NCBI RefSeq assembly: GCF_026571515.1
Contig: NW_026859592.1
Coordinates: 124,001-188,000, forward strand
DNA from: Ruditapes philippinarum
Taxonomy: Eukaryota
Direction: 5' to 3'
DNA: 64,000 bases
Shown here: positions 13,101 through 25,100 of the stretch, piece after piece
Numbering within the stretch: the first letter of the stretch is position 1
How the letters are laid out: every line of letters starts with the position of its first letter
Position numbers and translations under genes: made by a program
Notes under the pieces: model-generated
What the model was told of the DNA's origin: nothing
Database searches by the model: none
The model's input: the letters and a program-made list of their open reading frames with translations, nothing else

Positions 13101-16100
13101 TTTAATACAGCAAAAAACAACAACAACAAAAAACATTGAGAGACTATTCTCAGTGCTTGATAGTATTATAAAAGATATAACAGGAGTTTTATTACTTCTC
13201 AAATGTAAATAATTTAGTAGTAAAAGGTTAAGCCTATCCTAGCATTATGGGTCTTGGTCACTGACATACAATTATGGCTTTGTATACTTAAGGAAATTTT
13301 CCCTTTTTATAAAATTCAAGCGCATATTCAAGAAAGTCATCAAAATGCCAAATATTAACAACAATGGTCAATTAAAGAAATAAAAAATTTTAGCCTCCGT
13401 GACTTTGACCCTATCAACCACCTGAAAAAGCTATCCCAGGTAAACTATACACAAATATAATAAAAAATGAACTTCAAGGCTAAGTGAAAAACATTAAAAA
13501 AAACTCAGTTTTTTTCAGAGTTCATAAAAAATGTCTTTTCTATCTCATTAACATTAAATATAAATAAAAAGCACAGAAAAAACAACAACAGTGAATTCAG
13601 TGAATATATAATAAATATACAGATCAATACTAAGATTTATGAACTCTTTGTTAAAAGTAATTTATTTTTTTGTACCACCCTGTGTACATTTTTTAACACA
13701 TATGTTTTATCAAAGACAAAGAAATCATGTTATAATCTAAAAGCTTTTCTTATATTTTCTACATAAAAAACCCATTGAATTATATAAAATGACTATCTGA
13801 TGTAAATGTTAAAGCTAGGTCTCTTAATTCCCTCTTTACTTGTCACTCTGTAGCTATTTTATACAAAAAGTATTTAAGACAATTGTCAGGAAGTTTCCAG
13901 GATTATTGGAATTCTGTGAGATATAATTTGTATTTAATGTCAAACTCTGGTAAGAAATCAGGCCCCATTCTTCAAGAGACAATATTATCTCCATATATTT
14001 CCATGTTTAATAGCTACAATAAAATATCACTGTGAAAAGTTTCACTTATAGAGTTAAAGTAACAAGACAAATACTTATGTAGCTACTTCTAAAGAACCCC
14101 TGAGTCTATCTACCTTTCTATATCAGGATAATTCACAGGAAGCAATGTCTTTCAGAAATGGGGAAAAGGACACTTTAAATTTATAAAATATTCATGCACA
14201 TGAACAAGTCTGAATGAAAAGTGTCTAATGCTATTTCTATGAAATCAGGTACAAGTAAGTCTTTTTTATAATCAAATTTCAATGCATACAGACAAGGGAG
14301 TGTTTCTATATAAGTAGACTGTATGAGAATGTTCGTAATTAAGCTATTATAAGATATTCTCCTGATACAAAGATCTCTGTATAATTTCCTGTTTCACGAC
14401 AACAGAAAAATATTGACCTTTCTCAAAACATGTATTTAATGTTATTGTTTGAAGTTTATTGTAAATGGGAATTTTTTGTTTGTTTGTTTTGGGTTTTACG
14501 TCACATCGACATAGTATAGGTCATATCGCGACGTTCCAGCTTTACTGGTGGAGGAAGACCTCAGATGCCCTTCTGTGCATTATTTCAGGCACGAACGGGT
14601 ACCTCAGTAGAACCACCGACGTTCCGTACACTAGCTGGATAGCTTACTCACATGAAAGAATCCAAAGTCCCTGTCTGGATTCGAATCCACAGCGGTGAGG
14701 GGCAAGTGGCGTAAATGGGAATAGTAAGCAAACTTCTAGTATAAAGTAATTAATCATAATATGTATAAGTACCAGGCAATTTTTACAGTAAGTCTTTGAT
14801 CACGTAAATATCAAGTGATTCACTCATTTGTTTATGTTTCGAGACAAGCTCAAAAAATTAAGGATTAATCAAAACATCATACAATCTATAGCAAACAAAT
14901 AAGTTATACTTAATCAAAACATCATACAAATCTATAGCAAACAAATAAGTTAACAAGTAAAGAATTTCTGCTAACTTTGCTTACAAAAAAAAATGGAAAG
15001 AGCAAAACAATATTAGGTATCCAGGGTGGAGAATATAAGATTAAATTATGGCAATAGGTTCACCCATTTTCCATTTGTCCATAAAAAATGAGACTAATAT
15101 AAAAGCCTACCTCAAATCCTCGTTTTCCACGCCACCATATTGTATCCTCAGTTGGTGGCATATCTATCACAGATATTATATCACCCACCTAAAATATACA
15201 AATATTATAGTTATCATATATTTAATGAACATAAAAATTTATTGTCCCACTTCAAGCAGACTGTTCCATTTTATTGTAATGTGTACAAAATCAATCTTTT
15301 ACCTAAACCTAATCTAGTAATTTGGACAGATTGATGTACATGCATTTGGGGTTTATGGGTATTTTCTTTGACCTCATTTCTCCGTAAAACTTTAATCGAC
15401 ATTTTATGTGGTTTCTTTCTTTTTAAGACTGAAGCACATAGCCCTGATATGCCACTTAAATGGAGTTGGGCATCCATTAATTTTGTTATTTTCTTTTAAA
15501 ATAATACATAGAGAAACGGCTTATTATCCTTTTGTAAAAGAATGAAGTCTTTAATTCCACCTGCATTCTATTTACTGTATTTATATTCAATGTGTGGTCA
15601 GACCGAGGGAAGGCCTACATATAGTCACCTGTGTTGTAAATAAATAAGTGAAACAGACATTGAATAATGAATTTCATTATTGAAAATGACAATGCATTAT
15701 GAAACTGACACTATATTGTGAATGTTCTTTTCTATGAATGGAATGCTTTTAGCCTGAAGGCTCACAGTATATGTCTGCAAGACATTACATAAGACAATTT
15801 ACAAGAAAAAATAAAAACTTAAGTAATATACTTCCAGACTGTGTTTAACATATTATCCACAAAACACAATGAAACCAGCAGCTTTAGCTAATAAAGACAA
15901 CATTTTTAAAGTCAATCTGTTCTGTAAGGTTCTTGTACTTTTTCAATGACAGGATTTTTTTTAAATTTCTATGTTTCACTTAAACTTGATATAGTCTTAC
16001 AATCAATAACAAAGAATTAAATCACCTATTTCAACTCAAAAACTGTGTAAACAGGCTGAATAAATATAATGCTAACAGGATTTTCCATGACAAACAAATT

Positions 16101-19100
16101 CCTGTATTTTGACACACTTTTTGATTAATTGTCCTATAACAATTTTTGAAGTGTGCCACATAGACACCATACAAAGTTACAGGTTGTAAAAAGGGACAAA
16201 TTAAAGTATAGGAAAGGAAATGGGTGCTTACATAGTTTAAACTATTAGAGTGACCTCCCATGAAAGATGTAAGTTCACTGTTCTGGGAGAGGGTTCTGGA
16301 GGAATTAATTGTGTATATGTTTATGGTAAGTGCATATAACTTTACCTATGAGAATATAAATATCATATGTTCAAAGACTGCCCACTCATATTTTCTCATT
16401 ATTATCAAAGCAAAGTAGAAAAGGGACATAATTTGATAAAAGTGTATACCAATTATAATAGTGAACAAGAATACAAAGTTTGAAGTGAAGAGTTTTGACA
16501 TGTGATCTTAGTAAATGGACCACAACAGAAAAGGTGAACATATGACAACAAAAGGGTCATGAGTTTATGACAAAAGCTCCTTAAGTGGAGCTCAAAATGC
16601 CTCAATCACAGAACCAGTAAAAGTTTCCAAAATGTTTCCATGCAGACCTCACAAGTTTTTTGACCGCTGGCTGCTTGTCATTTGTTAGAATCATGTAAGA
16701 AGTGACCCCGAAATATTAAAATGAAGAACAAAAAAAGCCTATCATTCATTGTAGATTTACCTCGAGAGATATTTCATCCGCAGCTTGTGCCGTGTACCGT
16801 TTTACTGCATGGGCTGCTGCTATAGCAGGAGTATTAATTCCGGAATCGTCTACAGCCAATATACGATTTCCTCTGTTGTCAATCTATAACAAGAACAAAC
16901 AATATTACAAGTAAATTAATGTAATTTATTAATGCAACAATATTGAACAGTTTAAAAATTAAAAGTACCAAACCTTTCTGACAATTTTAAAGGATATTTT
17001 GCAAGAGTAAATCAAAATATTAAAGTACACATAGGTTTGATATCTATCACAAGGAGGTAAACATTATCTTTTGATGCTTCAGTTTTTATATATTAGTATG
17101 TTAAAGGCCCATTATGCCGCAGAAATGCTTTTACTTTTTATTTTAGTGCCAAATTATAGTTACTCATTTACCAATAACCTGAACAAGCTTTTGCTTCTGT
17201 TGCTTTTTGGCAATAAGTAAAAATAAAATGATTTAGTATTTTGTATAGAAGTCAAATTATTACTTTGTTTAAATTTTGCTACTTTATGGCACATTATTTC
17301 ACATAAGGGCTACTTTCTTTAGGTTATAAACATCTAAAATACTCTAAAAACATTACTTAAACATTACAAAACTCATGTTCACCCTTTCTTCAGAATGAAA
17401 AATCTTATTCGTTTACGGGGCATAATGTGCCTTTAATTACAAAAATCTTGCAGTCAATACAGATCATTTTATCAACATACACGGTTTTCACCAAGAAACC
17501 TTAGTGGATGTTTATTACATTTAATTCATATTAGACTTTAGATGAGGCTCTCAATTTCAAACTTTTGACATTATCAGGAAGATATTACGCTAAGCAGAAG
17601 AATACTTCATGTTTTTATATATTATTTCAGTAAAATTCAATATTAAGTTCTTTTGAAGATGTGATATATAACTACTATTATATTGCTCATTACATGAAAT
17701 AATTCTTACTTTATCAATAAAGCACACCAGATTAAGAAATACTGACTTTTATATAAATACTGTCATCACAACTATGTCATAATGGCCTATTCAATTTTAT
17801 TACAAGAAAATTAAAAAGTTTTCTAAAAAATTCATCCTGAGAAATCTCTTACATGTACATACAAACTGACAATAAAAACTGCGAAAAATAATTTCACTAC
17901 AAAGCAATGGGTCATTTCCTATCCTTGTAAGTGGTTTTATAGTGTTTAAAAGAATACATTAAACAATGTATTCAGAATGGCCAACTTCCTATCACATGCA
18001 CTTCTACACTTGATGTTGTCTTTTGTTTGTTTATTGTAACTCCATTTAAATAGTACTTCGGTCAATTAGCAGTGGATATTTCCAGATCAAATATTTCAGA
18101 ACTCGGCACCAATTTTAAACCGTTTCTCAACATGTAATTGCCAACTTCTACTCAAACTGACATATACTCCTATAAACATTTAGAATATTTTTTTTCAAAA
18201 TAAACAGTATAACTCTTAAAATTGTACATATTCATAATTCTTTAAAGTAACCATGCTTTTTATTGACAGATATAAATTTCAAATGTGTGTTTATCAGATA
18301 TACAAGATGAGCAATAATTAATGTAATACCTCAAGCCAATTAAGGACAGATCCACAATTCAACATACTACCAGCCAGAGATGAAAACCGTTTCAAATAAT
18401 CTCCCAGTATACCATATATCTCCTGAAAATTGAAGTCAGCATAAAAATTGGAAACATAAAAATGTATCCTGATTTTTTAATCCTTAACAAGTTACATGCT
18501 GAATTTTGTCCAGCTTCTATTTTTAAGAACTTCGGGATATCAAGTTGAAAATTAAAGTTAGTCAGCCAATAGTACAGAGTCTGGCCAGACTGCACAGATA
18601 TGCATGCTCACCTGGCTCAATACTGGTAATAAAGGCTTATGACTTTTGGCTCCACCAAGGTAAAGGTCTAAATCAAAATGTTTATATTCAAATGTGATTA
18701 ATAGACATTGTTTTGTAACATACTTCTCGTTCAAATAATATGGTAATAACTCTCTCCTTAGATCCAACATTTTATGGAAACCCTTTACAAGTATGTTATG
18801 TTAATTCTGCCATACTGCATAAAATCAACCAGCTCTTCAAGACCAGTAAATATTTTATCTTCTATCAATCTTATACATGTAATCATCCATTTAAGCAAAG
18901 GACGATTATATTGGCAGCTCCATGCAATCATTACTGTTAATATTGTTTATACATTTAGACCCTCTTATTTGTTTATATAGTTAGGCCTTCACTCAGTACA
19001 GTAAGATATATTAAACCTGAAATCCCTGTTTTTAACTTTGAAAAGTTCCAAAATTCAAAGCTAGATGAGTCCATGACACAAAATAAGGGATGAAATAGTG

Positions 19101-22100
19101 TACCTGTTCTGTATTAACATCTGGTTCAATGAGTGCGATATTTGGTAGATGACTAAACTTGCGGTCAAATATACATCTGTGTAACTTCTGATCTAGCATA
19201 CGGAAGTTCTGGAGAGTTCGTCTTACCAGCCATGTTTTATTGTTGGATGTTATTTTCATATAGAAGTATTTTGTTGACTCGCCATTATGATGATACTGTT
19301 CATTGTCTTCATCACACAAACAAACCTGGAAATTATAACACATTCATAGTCAATTAACAACATATATAAACATCTTAAAATCACCTTAAAATATTTTGAA
19401 TCATCTTAACACATATACAATCAGTTGAAAACATATATAACCATTTTAACAAATACATTATCATCTTAACACATATATACTCATATTAACACACACATAT
19501 ATATAATCATATTAACACACATATATACTAGTAATCAGCTTAACACATATACAATTAACTTAACAGATACAAATGTACAGCAATATTCATGAAGGCTTAT
19601 AAGTTACAACCATTTTGCATCACTTATAATATACCTTAATTTGTAGGACTATCATACAACCAAAGTGAATGTCAATTCTCAAGTATATTTTCTTCACAAA
19701 GTTATCATTCACAACAAAACAGCATGATCTTACTATGATTCCTGCCAAGAATTTGTAAACAATGACATTATATCTACAGTATAATTATGATATCACTTTT
19801 TTTTTATATCAAAAGCCATGGTTCAATCGGACAATTGATTATCTTGGAATTTTTGGATAAAAATAAAAATATCCTATATAAGACACAAATTAATTGTTGA
19901 AATGCATTCAGATTCAATGAGGAAGAAAGGAAAAAAAATTGCTGGAACTGTCATTTGATTCCAAATTGTTACAAGATTGATATCAAATTACAGACCTATT
20001 TTACGGACCAGTTACATCCAGCATCATTTTGATCCTTTAATGTTACTTCCTGATTGTCTAATAATGGTTTCCAAAAACTAAATCATTCTTATATCCTCTA
20101 AACTACTTAATACCATTGCATAGAACAAGTCCCGTCGATATTTAGAAGAAGAAAAAAACAAAAACTAAAACACTTAAACAAGACAGAAATCCTGATCAAA
20201 TGAAAATCCCCAGCCAAGTTGCCATTTTGTTATTGTTTTCTAAATATAATACACACAATCATTCATAATTAGCCCACTTAGGTTAATTGAAACAAGTGGT
20301 TACCGCAATTAGACATATAAGTGCACCACATAAATTATATGTGTAGTGTTAATTGCATAAATTAGGAAGGTAAAACTTTGCTATATGAACTGGAGTAATA
20401 TCAATATTTTGGAACATAGTCATTTATTTGATAATATAGTCAGTGCATTCTGGAACAGATAAATCAAATCATGGTATTTTTTAACCCAATTACATTAATG
20501 CTTCTAGTTCACATATACATGGTGATTTTTTTGTTGTCTCTCATTCTTTAAAAGCTAAACATAAGTATACCAATAAATTATTCATGATACAGCTATTACA
20601 TAACTAAAACACTGCCTTTCTAGGAGGAATTGCAAAAAATCTATCTTTAACCTAAAGTGACCATGACCCTATTGGCCTAAAACTCTACCCAGGGTTACCA
20701 GTCGACAACTAACACTGCTGGGAATAATCGGCCTTTGCCACCAGTATAGGGTCAGGCCAGTTTGTACACCTGTTGAGGCTGACAAATTCTGTAGTGTTGA
20801 AGCTCAATTACAGAAATCCCTTAAACTTTTGCGTAATGGATCTGCCATGCTTTGAATAAGGAACAGTCCATTTTTAAAGTTTAAGGGATTAAAATATGAA
20901 ATACAAAACTTGAACTACACAGTCAGACTGCATGGCACAGACTGACCTGGCTCTGTAATGGTTGAAAAGGCTGATCGCTTTCAGTTCCAGCAAATCAAGA
21001 GTTAAATCAAAAAGAAATGCAGCATTTTAAATATACCAGATACAGACAAGAGTGGAAATATTGGAGTAACTACAGTATTACTGTACAATAAACACAATTT
21101 CCTCTCATCATAATGATCACGCCTTTGTCTACATTTTTTTATATTATTGAAAAACTAAGATATGATTCTGATTTAATATACTCTTAACTACAATATGGCC
21201 ATTGGCATCTACCAAACAAAAGAAGAGCTATCAGAGAATAGCATGCTCAACCATCATAATAAAATATGGACTATGACTTAATTTCATAAAAATAAGTTCA
21301 CAAAACTCCTAGAAATCAATGGTTGAGTTATTAGTATTAGTCAGTAACCTTCATTGCTGAAGTTCTGTGTGAAGTCTCAATTGAACACCTTATGAGGTTG
21401 TAAAGAAAGAACTTTCACTAAAATCCTAAACCCGAATTTTTTTCACATTCTAAAAGACAATTTTTGACAAATTATATAGCCAAGTATATGTGAACCTATA
21501 TAACCCAAGCTTCATTTCCAGTTTCAGAATATGCTAACATAGGCATATAACAGACTCAGGTATGGGGAAACTTTGCTCCAGCCCTGCAATGATGCACCTC
21601 CTCTAGAACAACAATATCTTACCTGTAGTGAGCTTATATCAACAGTATCGTAGTGAAAATGTGCACAATCTTGTAACTTTGGAAATCTTGTGTTGTCATC
21701 CGTTAAACTGCAAATATCAAGAAATATTTTTATTAACAAAGAACACAACAAAAGGATTTGAACAATAAAGTAGCATATTTTTCTATTTACATGGACCAGT
21801 GACTTATTTTTTAAAGTCTCTCCCTTTTAAAGCATTATAAGTTCGGGTCCAACTGGGGTAACAATGTATTTTTCTCATTGACATTAGTAATGCTTATTTC
21901 AGAAAAGTAAACAAAAACATAAAAAATTTAAGCTGAAAGTACCTGTTTTATACTAAAGAGTGAATAAACTTCTCAAATCATAATCCTTGCTACATACTAA
22001 TTTATTAGTCGTCTCTATCTATGAGAATTAACTTTTCATTAATAAGTGATCATAATGTAAGAATTCATGAAACAAAGAGAGATATTAAAGTTTAACAGTA

Positions 22101-25100
22101 TCATGTGTGATAATGTATAAGATATCATGTTAGACACAGAGTGTAAGACAAACAGATATCAGTCATCACAAAGCACAGTTTAAATGTCTCCAGATATACA
22201 GACATTCAATATTTTTATCAAAGCAGAAGTATACATGCCTAGCCCTTCTGACCAGACCTCAGTGGACTCACATTTATACAAATCTGACCTATATTTGGAA
22301 ATGATATATTATGTAGTTGATGTTTCCATGAAAGAACAAGCACATAACGATTACAGCGCACTGTCTGACAACTACGACACAATTCATATCACCTGCTCTT
22401 TAACAACTTTGTATCCTGAATTTGTCTTGCGTTTTATTTTCGATTAATTTATAAAAGTTCAGCAGCAAATAATTAAGCCTGTTTTGTATGTATGGTTAGG
22501 CAGTCTACTGGCTATACCTGCACTATACCTTTACTATTGACCTTATATTATCCCACCAGTCCATATTATCCTAATAGAACGCAATACATGATTTCTAAAC
22601 TTATATTTATTCCTGTTAAACAAGCAATTATCATAGTATTGCAAGCAATCCATAAGTCCCCTACCGGTTAGAACCCCATCAACATTCTGAAGGGCCATTG
22701 GCCATTCACTAATGTTTCAATTTTTCTCTATTTTAAGAAAATTTGTTGGAAAAGTTCTTTAAAAGTGATCACAGGATACAGTTTTTATGAACAGACAGAC
22801 AGACGGACTGAAAGACACTCTAAAGTTAATATTTGAAACATCCCTGTTACCAAAATTTACCATTTTAAAAGCAAAATTCTTAAAGAGGAGATAACTCTTG
22901 AATTAAAGATGCAATTTCATAAAAATGTTCAGCTCTTTTTGACTAATCACAAATATTGTTATATTTGCCATGTTTTAAGCCTATTTGTTGCCAAGGCAAC
23001 TGATATTTTTTCAAAATAGGAAGAACAGATAAGGCATGCATAATCTCAAGACTGCTATCTACCCATATGTCAAGTTTCATAAAAATATTTCCAGTACTTT
23101 TTGAGTTATAACTGGATTCAGTTTATGTGTAAAATTTGCCATATTTTCAGTCTATGTGTTGCCATAGCAACCAGAATTTTCAACATAGGAAGAAAAGAAA
23201 AAAACGTGCATATTTTCAAGACTGCCAGCTACCCATATGTCAAGTTTCTTAAAAATATTTCCAGTACTTTTTGCGTTATCACTGGATCCAGTTTATGTGT
23301 AAAATTTGCCATATTTTCAGCCTATTTGTTGCCATAGCAACCAGAATTTTCAACATAGGAAGAAAAGAAAAAGACGTGCATAATCTCCATTCTGCCATCT
23401 ATCCATATACCAAGTTTCATAAAAATATTTTCAGTACTTTTCAAGTTATCGCGGGATCCAGTTTTGCGGACGGACGGACTGACTGACGGACTGACAGACG
23501 GACGGACGGACGGACGTACCAAAAATTGATGTTTATGAGGCAAATGAGCTCATAAACACCACCTGGACCAACGTCCATAAGCAAAATAAGCTCATAAAAA
23601 CAAAAAATAGCTCTTAATTTTAAATTTTATGAGTTTATGTTCTTTATTTAACTACGGAATGAAGCTCATAATAATCAAATGTTGGCTCGGACAGACGGAC
23701 GGAGGGTAAACCTAAAGTCCCCTCCGGTAAACCGGTAGGGGACTAATAAATTAATTGTATCATATCAATTTCAAAACACGAAGATCCCTCGAAAAGCAAT
23801 TAAACAATTTTGTGTAAATTGCAAACTTTTCATGAACTCAGTTTATGAGAGGCAATGCCCACAAGCCCTTACCGAAGGATTCTTCAATTTTCAACACAAA
23901 GTATTGGGATTAAACAAGTCGACCACACATTTCACCATGGCTTTATATTTCTTTTTGTACCACGATATAACATAAAATATGATGTAATTTGTCTTGTTGA
24001 AGAAAACAAACAAATACCTGGACAATCTTCTAACTCTCATGCTACTGTTACTAGCTGTGCTGATGGGGCGTGAGGCTCGAACTGTTTCCTGACTGTCATA
24101 GGAAGGTAACATTCCACGCTGCAAATAAACAAATATGTTTTAGCCATTACCCTGCTGAATTTGGACTTGCCCTGAAATCTAAATTCTAAATCTGGAACAG
24201 ACCATTCCAATCTTAAGAGATTTCAATAACGAAATACAAAAATGTACAAAAATTTAGCTACAAACAGCATAGAGCATGGTAAGACTGCAAAGATCATGTC
24301 TAGACTGGCTTGGTTCTATACTGGTGTCAAAGGCTAATTTAATGCTTTCTGTTCTAGGCAGTTAAAGGTTAAAGACATGACATGGTAACCAGAGCTATAA
24401 TGGGAACATATAACAAGAGCTGTCACAAGAGACAGCGAAGCTCGACTAATAAAATACTGGACGCAGTAAGGAGGACAAAACTATGAAAGAAAAATCAATT
24501 ATGTATAATTATGTATTAAGTTACAGTAAAAAAACATTTGTTAACATAAATTCCAAGATCAAGGGGAATAATTCTAGAAATAGTCACACTAGAGTTATGA
24601 ACCTTGTCACACAACATGTGTGTAATGATAAGAAATATATATTTGAAGTTTGAAGTAGATACCTTAAAAAGTAAAGAAGTTATAATATTTCTTTAAGAAA
24701 ATCCTAAGTTCAAAGAGAGATAAATCTGTAAATATTGCTTCAAGAGTTATGAACATTGTCACATAAAATGTAATTGATGATAAGGAATAAGTATTTGAAG
24801 TTTGAGGTAGATACCTTTAAATCTAAAAAAGTTATAGTAAAAAATAATATTTTTCAAGGAAAATTCTAAGTTCAAGGGGAGTTAAATCTGAATATATTGG
24901 TGCTAGAGTTATGAACCTTGTCACATAAAGATGGGGATGATGATAAGGTACATATAATTTGAAGTATGAGCTTGATCCCTTAACAAATAAAGAAGTAACA
25001 GTAAAAAAATAGTATTTTTTGAGGAAAATTCTAAGTTCAAGGGGGAGATAAATCTGAAAATATTTGGTGCTAGAGTTATGAACCTTGTCACATAAGATGG

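Noticed and set aside
22272-22380. CpG-enriched patch with gtgagt donor as an internal coding first exon
   Set aside because: Both nearby ATG frames stop before the donor; at most a non-coding exon.
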